Shown: positions 25,149 to 40,432, counted from the first letter of the stretch. The stretch is DNA of 64,000 bases from Octopus vulgaris (GCA_951406725.2 OX597816.1:18662001-18726000); one strand, 5' to 3'. Made by a program: numbers and translations. The notes: a model not told the origin generated them from the letters alone.

Positions 25149-26829
25149 TATACGTGTGTATATGTATCTGTGTGTGTACGAGTGTGTGCATGTGTGTGTG
25201 TGTATGATTTGGAAACAATATATATTCATTTTTTTAGTAAATGAAATATCTACATAGTCAAAAGGTTTCGCTTATGCTAATCATGACAAATTAGTAGGTG
25301 ACAGGATTATTATTTCGTCCTATCATAATAAGTTTTCATTCCATGCTAGTAAGAGGAGCAAAATATCTGATAGAGGGGCGTAGGGAATAATTTGCTTTAA
25401 ATGGTTAAGGAAATAATATGGTAGAATATCAACCGCTGCAGATACTTTGCGATAAAATTATAAGCTATTTCCTTTTCTAAGCATACTGATAATGCTTATA
25501 ATTCTAAAATTGTACCCGTGTGGCATTCACTTAGTTGAATGCAGTTACTCTTTTATCTCGAACGCTTCAATGGATTATATCGATTCCTTTGAAGTGTATT
25601 TTATTCTATCAATTGTGTGGGTTTTATATCAAGTTTCACCTCGGTTAGACTGGGACCCAAACTCTAAAAAGCTGGAGCAATTTGTCCCCCAGGAATCAAA
25701 TATCTGTACGACGGTAGGCAATTATTTTGTCTCCAGTACTTTACCGATTCTTTCTGCTATTTAATATCGAAAGGAAGAGTATAGTTGACCTCGATAATAC
25801 TGGAAATCTTAAAATAACAAACGAAAAAATAGAAACGGAAAGAGAAAAAACACGGAGAAAAATCCATCAGGAGAATATTAATATGAAATATAATAATTAA
25901 TTGCTAATTTAATGCTCTATGATACGCTATTAGTTTTATTTCATAATAAATGAGAATCTCAAAATATGAAACACTTGTATCATTATAAGTAAACAAAGAT
26001 ACTTGCATATCATGTTTATATGCCCCGTATAAAGTAAACATAATATGACTACGTAAAACAACCAAAACAACATGAAATATGAAAACAACAAGAAAATAAG
26101 AAAATGTACAAATAAATATATGCATCGTTAGTAGGATTTAACATCAAACAGATTTCCTGAAATCGATATCTATAACTATAATCGTCTTTTGCATATACTT
26201 CGTATCAAATAACTTTTTATCAAATATATGAGTAATTTATTTGATCTTATAAAAATGCTAATTTGAATCTGATGGCCTTTCGTTATACGCTCTATGATAT
26301 AGTCGCAATGAAAACTAACGCATGCAAAGAAATCATGTGACCATAAGCATACGTATAGCAAGATGCACTTAACATACATACATGCATATATTCCGGTATT
26401 TTTTTCTTTCTATATTTATATATTTAACTGTATTTATATACAGATCAATATATGTTTATGTAAACATCTGTTTTTCATATATAATGTACATAAACCTTCA
26501 TTTTAGACACATTTAATGCAGATACAAACATGAGAATCACATACATGTCAGATTCGAAATTAATATATTATGGTGTATAATTATTACAGGGACATGGATA
26601 TTACACACACATATATACACATACATACACACGTCTGTGAAACTATATATATATATATACATAAATATACGTATATATAGGCATATATATATATATAACT
26701 ATACATATGTATATATATATATATATATATATTCACACATGTTTATGCTTATGTATTTCCCTAGGTATATATCTATATCTACATCCTATTTATGTTTCCT
26801 TTCTTGATTCTCCCTCTCCTCCTCTCTCT

Positions 26830-27045
<216 letters not shown>

Positions 27046-28049
27046 TGACACACACATTAGCAATACAATCAATTTTTAATTTTTCCTTCTTTAGAAGTGT
27101 CAGGCAGAAATTTGTGGTTGCGTTATGGGTTGGAAATCAATGCGTATAATCATATGAAATCGTTTTCAGTGATACATAGTGCCATTTATTCGCTCATATT
27201 ACGATACATTTTCTACACACACACACACACACCTAAATATACGCACACCTAAACATACGCACACGCACACACTCACAGAGTCGCATACACAATGACATAT
27301 GCGTTTAATTTAGCCTGCATAAAACAGCGATAGTTTCCAAATGAAATACATACAGGGAAAATATTTTATGTGTTGCTCAACCCGGCATTCAGCGCAGCTT
27401 AATAAACTTCTAATTTTTCACTACTACCGTCTTTCACTGGAACCTTTTGCACAATGTTTCCTATTGACAACAATAAATCACCGCATTAAACGTTCCGTAT
27501 TGGTTTAGCATTTTCTTATAGAGGACAAATTTCATATCGAACCAAACACGAGTGTTGTCCTGGTTTCAGGAGAGATTCTCCTCTGGCATTACTGCAAACG
27601 ATTATCGCTTTCGTTTCATATGAGTATAGAGAACTCACCTTTATTCATTTGAGATGATTCTAGTCGGGAAAGTTACGTTAGGAAGTTAATAATGAAATTG
27701 CGAACAGAGAGCCGCCATTTGCTTCAGCTGAAAAGTAATCAGATGAAGAATATTTATACATTTTCCTTGTTCATAAAGATGATTTGTGACCGAAGTATTT
27801 TTGGAAGGAAGTGCTTTTCTAATTTTCATAGTTTCTTTGAATTTGCGTCTCGGTTTTCAGATTCTCAATATTGACAAAAGATGGAAGGCGAGATCGAGCG
27901 GGGAATCTGTGAGCGAAATGCTTCCCGTGTGAAACAGGCCAAACTATCTTTGCCAGGTCTCGGGATTTAAAACCTCTTTTCCTTTGGCAGAAGGAATATT
28001 CTGAAGAGCATTTTTTGAGTTCAAACAACACACAGTTTTTGATATGAGT

Positions 28050-28514
28050 AAGGCGGCGAGCTAGCAGAAACATTAGTACGCCGAGCGAAGTGCTTATCGG
28101 TATTTCGTCTGTCTAAGGCGGCGAACTGGCAGAAATGTTAGCACGTCGGGCGAAATGCTTATCGGTATTTCGTCTGTCTTTACATTCTGGGTTCAAATTC
28201 CACCGAGGTCGACTTTGCCTTTCACCCTTTCGGGGTCGATAAATTAAGGACCAGTTACGCACTGGGGTCGATATAATCGACTTAATCCCTTTGTCTGTCC
28301 TCGTTTGTCCCCTCTATGTTTAACCCCTTCTGGGCAATAAAGAAATATGTATTTTGTCTGTCTTTACGTTCTGGTTTCAAATTCCACGGAGGTCGACTTT
28401 GCATTTCATCCTCTCAGGCTCGATAAATTAAGTACCATTTGCGTCCTGGGGTAGATTTAATCAATTGGATCCCTTTCAAAAAAATTCAGGCCTTGTAACT
28501 AGAGTAGAAAAGAA
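28050..28514 (+). mobile_element. SINE family B, composite (duplicated head, partly repeated body), with TSD
   Basis: aaggcggcgagctagcagaaac head twice, gcctttcaccctttcggggtcgataaattaag..ccag core twice; TSD-like tttgatatgagt on both sides. Confidence 0.88.
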
Positions 28515-29289
28515 TGTTTGATATGAGTCAGATATAAACTCATTTTAAATAGGTATAATCATTATAAATTTAATCACCATTTCATGAAGTAGTCTGTAAA
28601 TAGAAAAAAATTAGAATGTGAAATTTAATGCTTTTTTCGTTTTATTATTGAAAACGTTTCATCGACACTTTCATGTGAAAAATGAAACGGGGTTTCCTTT
28701 CCAATCAAGTGCGCCTATTTTCTAAAAGACATACATATGTATGAAATTTCACAATTGCGTTACTAGAGGACCTACCATAATGTCTGTCACTTTACACTTT
28801 ATGTACACTTCATGAATATTGTTCCCACGTCAGACTACCCCAAATCGTGAAACTGCATGTGATAATATGAAAACAGTTATGAAAACTTATAAAATATTAA
28901 GTGGAAGTTAAACTTACATGGAATACTGAACTTAACTATTTGCCCGACATTTTGTACTGATATACATATAACTACAAACATCCATACGTTGTGATACGTA
29001 TTGTATGTACTGATACATATTTCAGAGTGAATATCCCCACAGTTGAATCAGCTTCTTATGAATACTGACATATGCCATTGTACGACTTATATCAACGATG
29101 TTTAGAAACTGTCAAATAACCAAATAGCTGAAATATTTACCCTGTAAACGATTTCAGGTTTTATATATTTTTAAATCCCAGCCATTCGTATAATGCCTTC
29201 AAATTTTAGCACTTGTCAAGAAATTATAAAAGAGTAGATATGTCATCTACATCGACACTAGGTCCCCCAGCCCAAAAAAAAAACCATGA

Positions 29290-29512
29290 ATAACCCGAAA
29301 CCGTTGTGAAATTGAGCGGCGGCGATTACTGCTGACACTATGACTGCTGGTGTCTTGTATGATATTCTTGATATTGATGTAGTAGTGCTCAAAAACATAT
29401 ATCATAATCTTATTTTTATTTAATATTTTATATTCGGTTTCGATGTATATAATGTTTATATATTCGGTTTTCGATGTATATAATGTTTCGTCAATTTATT
29501 AGCCACGCATAC
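29290..29512 (+). repeat. Dispersed direct repeat, copy 1 (copy 2 at 31872-32063)
   Basis: ctatgactgctggt..atattgatgtag..tatatcataat..tatttttatttaatattttatattc..tcaatttattagcca is shared by both copies; copy 1 has an extra ~30-bp tandem. Confidence 0.82.
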
Positions 29513-29721
29513 AACTGGTATCTTATTTTATCGACTCCGAAAGGATGAAAGGCAAACTTGACTGCGGTGAGGTTTCAGCATAGTTTGTAAAAAAAAACGG
29601 AAGAAATACTGCTAAGTATTTCGCTTAATGTGCTTAAGGTTCTATCAGTTAACCGCTATTCGACTTGTGTATAATGAAATCACGTTGAATTATTTCCTCA
29701 TACATTCGCCAATACGTTGAA

Positions 29722-29801
<80 letters not shown>

Positions 29802-30125
29802 AATTTTTGTATACAGTACTCAGGTGCACCGCAACTTGTCAAAAGTGCATATAAAGCAGATGCAGTAATGTACAAATGTCTGGAAAGTGAACTGTTTATG
29901 AGTCAGATACATGCTTGCGTGTGTATGGAGAGGAGAAAATCAGGTGTAGTGTTGGCAAATCTCAGGAAGCATGGAAGTTTTGAAGGATGCAGTGCTTCGA
30001 CAACTAACAACTGATGCTGGCAGTTTGTTTCATACTTCATCAACTCTTAGCGTGAAAAATGTTTCCGAAACTCATGGGAGCTGTGCTGTTTTCTGACTTT
30101 GTAAACATGTCCACGGGTGTTAGAC
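29722..30125 (-). mobile_element. CR1/L2-group LINE 3' end with (ATT)n tail
   Basis: Minus translation SNTRGHVYKVRKQHSSHEFRKH..TLRV..NKLPASVVSCRSTASFK is the CR1 C-terminal TRGH..FF..RV..WN.LP motif, followed by a 3'UTR and a trinucleotide tail. Confidence 0.87.
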
Positions 30126-32239
30126 AGGCTACGTCTATTAGAACATTATACATTTCGAGCTATTTGGTGCTGCCTTACGTACTAAATTGTAATAATATAT
30201 TAGACGAAGGAACTAAAGTGTTGTTAGTCATTGCCAAGTATTTTTATTTTTCAAGCAAAAACAATAGTTAACTAACTTTTTGGTGTTCGCTGAAAGGCAT
30301 ACCCAAAAGTATCGTAATTAAATATCAAGTAACACTTATTTTTACATACATTTTCTATTTCCTCTTCATACATTCAATGAATCAATCTTTAGAAAGATTT
30401 AACATACGTACAACTCAATAAGTTGCCTATACCTAACCACCTAACATTAAATTGGTTTTTGTTGGTGAATATTTTCAGATCAATTGATTGATAAACTTGA
30501 ATAAGTACTAATCTAACCTTCAACTGGAAAGAATATAAAAATAAAGTGTATCTACTTTGTAATTGATTATTGCAAATAAACTTTACGATACCTTTTCATG
30601 TGCAAAGATTAAAAAAATATCCGGTAAAAATATAAAGATTAAAAAACAGAAAAATATCAATAGAAAATGAACTACGCACTTTTGAATAAAATAAAATATC
30701 TTATGAGATTAATCTCTCATTGACTCTTTCAAGTCAGACTCGAAATGCACCATTGACTGTCACATAATTCAATGTTGCTTTTAGTTTCAACCGTGAATAA
30801 AGGTCGAAAAAGATTGGTAGTCAGACTAAGAAAAAATCGATAAAATTTAAAACAACATCATCTCTTTTTTTCCCTGAATTTCGGGACGTTTTAGCAATAA
30901 AAAGTAGTAAAGTGTATAAGGGTTACAAAATTTGGTAGCTTGGAAATCTCCCAAATGAGTGAATAGGTCAATTCCGATAGCTCGATTCCTTTTTCATCGC
31001 TGTGGTGTTGTTAGTGACAAAGGCGTCTTTTAAAGCGATGGAATTTGATTAATTATATGGTTTCATACGATTTTAAAAAATAGATACAAGAAACAAATAA
31101 AAAAAACAACATATTTCTAAAATTACAAAAAGTTATTTTGAAAACAAATATAAGGTATAAAAGGATAGAACGACAAGGATGAAGAGAAAATCTAAAGCGA
31201 TTATTAATTGATACAACGTATAATAAAATATGTGTCGGAGCAATTTTTTACTTTCACTTTTCCAGAGAATTCTCATAACATTGGTAATTGAATGAAAGTT
31301 TGTGTTGAAGCTATGCACGTGCGATATTTGGGAATATACAACACAAGAATATCTTTAGCAGTTGAATGGAAAGACGTAAGCCCTCATGCTTCATCTCTGG
31401 TATAACAATGTATTCCGCTTCTTTTTCCTCAGTGTATTACTTTTTGCATATTTTTCCAATCTAGGCAGCTAATATGAAACGGAAAATACCCTACCCCATA
31501 GGATCAGAATGTTCTGGAGTCTAAAATGCTCTAATGATGTTAAAGGTTTTTTTTTCTTTTTTCATATTAAGCGACAGCAAAACTTTTATTCTTTATGTTC
31601 AATAATATTTGCTCGGGAGATATGATTTTCACATTTCTATCAGTGCAATGTGAAAGTCGCACCGAGATACGTTCCATATTTCGTCGCGTATAACGTTTGA
31701 AAATATTTATAGATCAAAATAATAAACATAGAAAACAACTAATGATGATGATGATGATGATAACCATGTTGCTTCTAATGCCGTTAAACACCACGTATTT
31801 CCCAGCAGAAGTGTTATATTTGAGTCTTCAAAAAAAACAAAACAAGACAAAAACAACAAAAAAACAGCACTAATAACACGAAACTGTCGTCAAATTGTGC
31901 TGCGGAGATTACTCTTGATACTATGACTGCTGGTATCATGAATGATAATCTTTATATTGATGTAGAGTTGTTGAAATACGTATATCATAATTTTATTTTT
32001 ATTTAATATTTTATATTCAGTTTCAATGTATATAATGTTTAGTCAATTTATTAGCCATGCGTATATTAAGGCTATTGAGCAGGCATAAATCGATGACTTA
32101 AGTGATAAATAATGTTAGTGATCGAACCTTATCTGCTGACAGAATGAAGACAAACTTTGGGTGTTTTTTCGATTAAATCAAATTAAATTCTTTAAAGTGA
32201 ATTAAAATTATTTCAATGAGATTTAGTTGATTATGTAAC

Positions 32240-32319
32240 AAAGGAGAAAGTCACTCACTTTGCGTAAGAAAAGACAAAGTCACTCACTTCATGTGACAAA
32301 GGAGAAAGCCGCTCACTTT
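32240..32319 (+). repeat. ~30-bp minisatellite, 3 copies
   Basis: aaaggagaaagtcactcactt-like unit repeated three times. Confidence 0.8.
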
Positions 32320-32529
32320 TCTATGACTTTAGTTGTGTGTCTTGATAAATCAAGTAACTCTGAGATAATTTTTATTCGCTTGCAAATAGCAAAGCGGACA
32401 TATAAATATTAAATGCTTCAAATATGTTAGGTAAAAAGATATAAGCGGTACAGTGAATAAAGTTATTGATCAATATGTAACACTAGCGAGCATAGTGGCA
32501 TTTGGTCCTGGTATATTTTTGATCGGGCG

Positions 32530-33125
32530 TAGTGGCATATCTTCAACTATCTTAAATCTCCAAAAATCGTTTCAAATTTGGAAACAAATATTTTATCTTC
32601 AGCCTGTAGTCAATCACGGGCAAGAATTCTGGACATAAATACAGCAGCATTTCATATCCTCGCCTGAAGGTTATTAACGATGTAACAGTGAAATTGTTGC
32701 TATACGGTTACTAAACGATATACACACAAATCTGATATTTTGATACCTAAATTTCAAAAGTAATTTGTATGATAAATAGTCTATATCCAATGCGTAGGAG
32801 TATATCTATTATGTAGTGGGATATCTATTATGTAGTGGCATATTATATAGTGGCATATATTCAACGAATTTACATCTCCAAATACTGTATCAAAATTGGA
32901 AAAAAATATTGTATCTTCAGCCTGTAGTCAGTCACGGGCAAGAATTCTGGACGTAAATACAGCAGTATTTCATCCCCGACTGAAGTTTATTAACGGCGTA
33001 ATAGTGAAATTGTTGCTATACGGTTACTGAACGATATACACAGATATCTGATAATTTGGTACCTAAATTTCAAAAGTAATTTGTATTATAAACAGTCTAT
33101 GTCTAATGCGTAGGAGTATATCTAT
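32530..33125 (+). repeat. Tandem duplication, ~318-bp period, 2 copies
   Basis: tagtggcatat..tatcttcagcctgtagtca..cacgggcaagaattctggac..aatgcgtaggagtatatctat at 32530 and 32848; short junction repeats atatctattatgtagtgg. Confidence 0.92.
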
Positions 33126-34025
33126 GTGTATGAGTATAAAAAGAAACAGAAGAAAATAACTTATTTTCTGGTATATTAAAATAATACGAATAAATGAATA
33201 ATATTACTGGTTCATTTGTTTACGTAATATAAAATACGACCGTTTTTTGATTTCCTAATCAATCGTCATCTTTATTAACCATACATGAAAATCATGTTTA
33301 ATACTAATATATTACAGTATACCTATTAAATGCCTCCTTAAACAAACATTAGGAAGAGAGCTTTAGTATTTCCATAATATTATGAGTTAAGATTTTGTTA
33401 CGTGTTTCCTTGCATCATTATGAATTATATTTCAGTATCTCTACACCAGATAATTTATACTGTCGTAATTATTTACTAATGCTAGTAATGCTAGCGATCT
33501 TAAAAACTTCGGTCGAAACCAATCTTCAGAATCTATAACTAGTTAGGATTTCTGTCTATACACATCGTCTCAATGTTATATTTCGAAATATTTACTTTTA
33601 TATTATCTAACTAATATCTTCCCACGCAATGTTGTTTTCTGTAGCACTTAATATCACATCAAGGTCGCTCATTTGTTATTTGGTTGTCTATTACTGCTTG
33701 AGTAATGTTTTATATACGTGAACGGTAGTTGGACACTAGGAAGTGTTGGCTGCGCTGATTTTTATTATAGAAAACACAGGTACACACATTTCAAAAGAGT
33801 GATGCAGGAAATTTATGGATTGAAGCAACAGTACAAATCAAATGGCAGATTTAGTGTAACATACCAATATATGTAGAAACTTTATCATTTATTTTATGTC
33901 AGTTTCAATTAAATTCAACACAGTAATTCTGATTGCAAGGACAGTACTGTCATTTTGGTATAATAAGGGAGCTCTCTCCCTCTCTCTTAGTTTCTCTGCG
34001 TACCTCTCTCTTTCACTTTCTCTTC

Positions 34026-34058
<33 letters not shown>

Positions 34059-34184
34059 TACAAATACACGCACACATTTTAACCTGTTGACCCGTTAATA
34101 TCTAAGCATTTTCTGTCTCTATCATATTTTTCATTCTCTCTTCGTTTTTTTCATTCTCTCTCCTTTTTCTTTTTCATCTTAATC

Positions 34185-34221
34185 CTTTCTGTCGAAGAGC
34201 GTAGGCTCGAAACATAAAAGA
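34185..34221 (+). ncRNA. Minimal hammerhead-like motif, CUGUCGA-A core variant
   Basis: CUUU CUGUCGA A GAGC-GUAG-GCUC GAAAC AUA AAAG; same family as 61545-61582 and 17637-17675. Confidence 0.55.
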
Positions 34222-34360
34222 CTTTTCCATTCTTCCTGAGCGTTAATTTTTCCTGCTTGTTCCTACACTTGTTTTTACCTTTTGATTTCTGTAAATTAGA
34301 ACTATCTCTCTGTCTGTCTGACTCTCTCTCTCTCTCTGTCTATCCATATATGTTATGTCC

Positions 34361-34421
<61 letters not shown>

Positions 34422-34706
34422 GGTTTTTTTTGTATTTATATTCGTATTATTTTTTGTTTTTTTTTTATTATTTTTGTATTTATATTAGTGTAACATCGTC
34501 CGTTTTCCCGTCCTTGTTTCTTATACATTCGATCCTTTTTCCAAGGAATCTAATGCCCTTAGCTTAGTTTTCCCCTTGGGGTTGGCCATATTGGAGCGAT
34601 CTCAAGATTAATAAGCCGAAATTGCGAAGATGACCCGTCCATGTTTTTTGTATCGTCTATTTGGATGTTTTGCGTTCTTGTTCCATTTTGTATATATATA
34701 CACACA

Positions 34707-34746
<40 letters not shown>

Positions 34747-35067
34747 TTATGCGAGGTAATGGTGTCAGTTATACCCAAAGGTGTCGGGTACTGCTGAATA
34801 AGTGCTATGGAGAGATCAGAGTTAAAATCCAGGTTCGGTAATTATGCGAATAAGGGGTCTAACGTAGATCATATATCAGCATGTGTATATATACAAAGGA
34901 AGGGGTATAATAATATCCTGGAAACAGAAGTAAGACCTTCTATTTATAAATGTTCTAAAATTTCACAGCCTTGGTTTATTTTTTATTTAAAGGAATTATT
35001 ATAGTTTTCCCTTACAAGTTTTCCCACGCTGACTACTTGATAAATAATTATATAGATTTTATCCTAT

Positions 35068-35114
<47 letters not shown>

Positions 35115-35794
35115 GAATTCGTATGGTTGTGTATAGGAAAATAAAGTATTCTGTGAAATCCCAGCTTCATTTGATTTTCACTTTTTATTATTCGCAATTG
35201 ATACAAGTTTATTGAAATAAAGCAGTTCTTTCAAGTGCTGATGTAGTGATAGTCGTACTCGACAACAACTTTAGTGAAATATTTGGTTTTACTCCTAAAA
35301 TATCATCCGATGGGATCCAGCAGGCTGAATCTTACGTACTATATTTTGACCAATTACCATGTGGCTTGGATGCCACGGTTCAGTGACTACGGCAAGTTCT
35401 AACTGTATTTCGACCAATCAGTATGTGGCTTAGACGTCACGACGTGGTGAGCACGTCAAGAATTCTTTATTTGACCAACCTAAAGGAATAATTCTTTGAC
35501 TATATTTTGGAATGTGGAAAACTTGGAAGCCGTCTTACATTTATGATAAATTCTCTTCAGTCTGTAACCTAACATCTGATGAGATGGTCGTGTCTACACC
35601 CACAAAGCAGTGGATACTGGGCAGAGAAGATAGAAGGTTTTATGACATCAACAACATTTTTACGTGTGTGTATGTGTCTATATATATATATATGTATAAA
35701 CACATTCATATGCGTAAGTGTATTTGTATGTATGTAGTTGTGCATGTGTGATGTGCGTGTGTGCTCGAGTGTGAGCGTCTGTGAGCGAGTATGT

Positions 35795-36329
35795 GTGTTT
35801 GTGTCTGTGTTTGTCCGGCACCAACGCTTGACAATCGATATTGGCGCGTTTCCTTTCTCCGTTCGCTAAAGAGCAGGATAGAATAGGTGACAGGCTTAAT
35901 AAACAAAAGAATAAGTTTTTGGGACAATTCGTTCGATTGAAATTCATCGACGCGTTGTCCTAACATGGCCACGGTCTAATAACTACAACAAATAAAATAT
36001 AAAAGACATTTATATTTGTGTGTGTGTGTATGTATGTGTATCGGTGTGTGTGTGTGTGTGTGTGTGTGAGTGAGTTTGTGTATGTGTGCGTGTAATTGTA
36101 AATTGTAAATTGATTCTTTTGCGAAAAATACTTTCTGCCTGCACGAAAAGAATAAGTTTTGGGGACAATTGGTTCGTTTGAAATTCTTCGAACCGTTGTC
36201 CTAACATGGTCACAGTCTAATAAATACAACAAAAAAAATATTTAAAAAAACCGTACATTTGTGTTTGTGTGTGTGTGTGTGTGTAATTGTAAATTGATTC
36301 TTTTGAGTATAATACTTTCTGCCTGCACG
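35795..36329 (+). repeat. Degenerate SINE A tail within a local tandem duplication (35906-36145 / 36146-36329)
   Basis: aaagaataagttt..gggacaatt..gttgtcctaacatgg and gtaattgtaaattgattctttt..tactttctgcctgcacg each occur twice in the same order. Confidence 0.8.
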
Positions 36330-37000
36330 TTTGAATCATTTTTATATCAATACTGCAGAACTGAAAAACATCGATGAATAAGATTCTTCAGAGCATGTTT
36401 ATGAATGAAAATATATGGGAAGGGCCAGCAAATAAAATGAATAACGTTGTTTATTATATTATATACCCTTTTGAAGCTGTTTTATACATCCTTTCTGTAA
36501 TATTCATTCATTGTCATGAATACTTGAATCTATTTATGGAAATGGTAAGAAAGTTAATGACGTAGTAAAACCTAGTCTTCGTTGAGAATGACTGTTAAAT
36601 GCATTAATTTTGATAGTGATATGTTGTTATATTATTATATGACAGTGACAGAAGTGTAATTTAACATCAATCGTATCATATTGTATCACACGAGGCTCCA
36701 ATGATCAAAGGGTATATTGTTTCTTTCTATCAGTACCGCGATAATATTTACTGTATTATATTTAAACATATTAATGAAATGAGCTTGCATATTTAAAATA
36801 TTTCTTTGCACTCGAGTCGTCGTTCTCATCTTCGTTTTCAAGAGTGGTGTATGAAATGTTGTGGCTTCTTTTAAAGGGCATCGTCATAATATATTTACAG
36901 TTATGAAAATATACAAATTTAGTTGATTTATAGAACTGTAATATGAACTTAAGTAACAGCAACTCTCTGAAATTTCTTGAATTATTTCAATGCGAAAATT

Positions 37001-37397
37001 ATTTTCTTTACTACCCACAAGGGGCTAAACACAGAGAAGACAAACTGGGACAGACAGACCGATTAAATAAGAAACTGGTACTTATTTAATCGACCCCGAA
37101 AGGATGAAAGGCAAATTCGACCTCGGCGGAATTTGAACTCAGAACGTAGCGGCAGACGAAATACCTATTTCTTTATTACCCACAAGGGGCTAAACATAGA
37201 GGGGACAAACATGGGCAGACATAGGTATTAAGTCGATTACATCGACTCCAGTGCGTAACTGGTACTTAATTTATCCACTTCGAAAGGATGAACGGCAAAG
37301 TCGATCTCGGCGGAATTTGAACTCAGTACGTAACGGCAGGCGAAATACGCTTAGCATTTCGCCCGGCGTGCTAATGTTTCTGCCGGCTCGCCGCCTT
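37001..37397 (-). mobile_element. SINE family B, partial tandem
   Basis: Two body/tail units; TSD-like tcaatgc(g/c)aaaat on both flanks. Confidence 0.88.
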
Positions 37398-38589
37398 CAT
37401 GTCAATGCCAAAATGATTACATTTTATAAGATTTGGGGATTATTTATCTCAAACAAACTTCTTTTCACTCAATGTATTTCATCATTATGTAACAAATAAC
37501 GGACTATAGTTACAAAAACAATCTAGTTTTTGTCATTCAAATTTCCTCACGTATATGAGCTGCAGTCACTATTCTAATATTAGACTGATTTTATCAACTA
37601 TACAAAAACGTGAATAATCTAATTTTCTATCGGACTAGACATTGGATGCTATTTCTACAAATAATGTTCAAAATTGTTGTTTTATTTGGGGTAGGATTAC
37701 ATCATTATACATTGTTGGACGAATAAGTGGGTATTTATAATGCCCATATTTTTATCAAGAGTATCAGATACAGACGATAAATAGCTTGGAATAGTAATTG
37801 AAACATGTACTTATAGCAATGAGCCATTACTTCCCGTTCTACAGTGTAAGCTAGTTATGTAAAATTATATTAATAGACTCGTGATGTTATGCTGAACAAA
37901 ATATCTATTTACAATTTCTTATATTTTTGTCGTCCATCTAATGATAATATTCCTGTTTATGGTTATCAATAATAAACTCTCTACAATCAATGTTTGTTTT
38001 GTAAATCAGGGATATTTTCAGTGGTGAGTTTTAAAGTGACGTCGGCGTTACTGAGAAGGAAACAAACAATGACTACATGGTACAAGAAGAGGGGCGTGAA
38101 GTCTGGGCACAGTAATGGACATTTTTTGATCCCACTATATACGTACATGCATACACACATATGCTCTCTCTCTCACACACACACAGCAACGAACAGGCAC
38201 TTATACATATACTAAAGTATATTGTGCGTAGGTATATGTATATACATATATATACATACAAAAGACAGCCAGTCAGCCACTGTTGAAACAATCCTGTCAC
38301 AACCTGGGACCTTGAAGATTGCTTTAATGCAAGAAAGTATACTAGTCCCTTAACATTTAATATTTGATATTCAATATTTCATCTATTCAATAAGACAATC
38401 AATACTTCATTTCATTTTACTCTCTATATATTATTTATACTATATATTCTATATTCTACATTAATATTATAAAGAATATAAATAAAACATAAAAACAAAG
38501 AAATTTGGAATTTTTAAAAATAATATATATATACATATATGTATGTGTGCGGGTATATATTATATGCATTTTTTTTTACTTATTCTATC

Positions 38590-38892
38590 TGTTTCTTTTC
38601 GCCGAACCGCTAAGTTACGAGGACGTAAACACATTCATCGGTTGTCAAGCGATGTTGGGGAGGACAAACACAGACACAAACATGTACACACACATACGTA
38701 TATATATATATATATATATATACATGTTTATGGCGGGCTTCTTCCAGTTTCCGTCTACCAAATCCACTCACAAGGCTTTGATCGGCCCGATGTTATAGTA
38801 GAAGATACTTGCCGAAGGTGCCACGCTGTAGGACTCAACCCAGAACCGTGAGGTTGGTAAGTAAGTTACTTACCACACAGCCACTCCTGCGC
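38590..38892 (-). mobile_element. SINE family A
   Basis: Reverse complement of the family A head and body. Confidence 0.85.
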
Positions 38893-40265
38893 ATGTGTAT
38901 AATACATGTATACACGCGCACGTAAACACATACCTACAACACAGACAGATGCACGCACACACACACAGACACCCGCAGATATGCACCAAGATAGCTACTG
39001 AGTTATCTGGATTGAAATTTAATCACAATATAATGGAAAATACATTGATAACATGTCTCTATACAACATTGTAAATATACTTCTTATTGAATGCGAGGGT
39101 TGTATGTAGGATGTAGTTAGATACTACTTTCTAGTAGTTTGCTCTCTCTCCTTCGCTTATGCTCTCCAGCACGATAACCGATTGTGTCAATAAATAGGAG
39201 CATTGACCTGAGAGACTGAAACCGAATGTTCTATTCACATTCACTGACTGCACGAGGAATACGAGAGTATAAAATTAAACACTGCATTATTACAAGTTGC
39301 TTCTCTTTAATTATGTACACTATATGGTCCCCAATGAATAAAACATGTTCTCTTTCTTGGTTCAGTATCCTAATTCGACTCTATGATTCCATTAACCTTT
39401 AGCTCACAAGCCTTCGGCATAATTTCAATAGCGTTAGTTCAACCTAAATGACCTTATATTATTTACTCATTAAACTACGTGAACTGCACTTAATAAATAT
39501 TTCATAATACTTTATCGTTTCACCAGAATTAAGCTAATAAACAGAATGAAGCCAATAAATGCAGTTCAAGTACTTACACATGCGGGATGAACATTTTGCT
39601 CTCCCTCAGAAGATAACGCATTCATTTCATGTATTTTGTTTCAAGATTACATTTTATATCGGTGCGTTTGTGTGTTGGTTGAGAAGTTCAGAAACTGGAA
39701 GTGATGCATTATGTTTGTTAACTAAAGTTATTTCTTTAGCTTGAGACTTTGGGATTACTATATAAGTGGATCTTTCTGGCAATGGATGTTTATATCAGGG
39801 AGATAACCATTCACTAACGAGGCGTAACTAGATTAGAAATTACAACTTAAAATTCAGGAACAAAAGGATGAAGATTCAGAGCAATTTTATCTGCCAGAAC
39901 GTTCTTACAATAGTTGTTATCAGTCGCATATAAGTGAACTTCATTCTTTTCAAAATTCATCCGTATGTATCTCATTAATTAGATACATTACAGAGAGAGA
40001 GACTTCATTAAGATTAGAGATAAAATGAATGGCAATCCGAGGGAAATTCATGAAATGTATTTTTTCTGCATCATAAAACGTTGGTAATTTAGCATTCGAG
40101 AGAAGGAGGGTATGTTGCTGGTGTTTACGAGCAGAGTAATAGCCGTTTTCAAGGGAATTCTGTCTCTATGAAAATGTTTAAAAGTAGCTAACTCTTTTGA
40201 AATAAGGTGAAATGATATTGCGTTTATGTGTTTTCATTATATTGTTCCAGGAAGAATATAATATA

Positions 40266-40307
40266 ATACACACACACACACACACACACATACACACACA
40301 CATACAT

Positions 40308-40340
<33 letters not shown>

Positions 40341-40354
40341 GATAGATAGATAGG

Positions 40355-40428
<74 letters not shown>

Positions 40429-40432
40429 TAGA
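40266..40432. repeat. (CA)n/(TA)n/(GATA)n compound microsatellite
   Basis: Seen directly in sequence. Confidence 0.96.

Noticed and set aside
32240-32319. CRISPR-like repeat-spacer pattern
   Set aside because: Only three degenerate units with ~9-bp spacers, in eukaryotic context with no cas genes.
35576-35630. Isolated CUGAUGA (also at 51170 and 63148)
   Set aside because: No stem II/GAAA partner; expected by chance.
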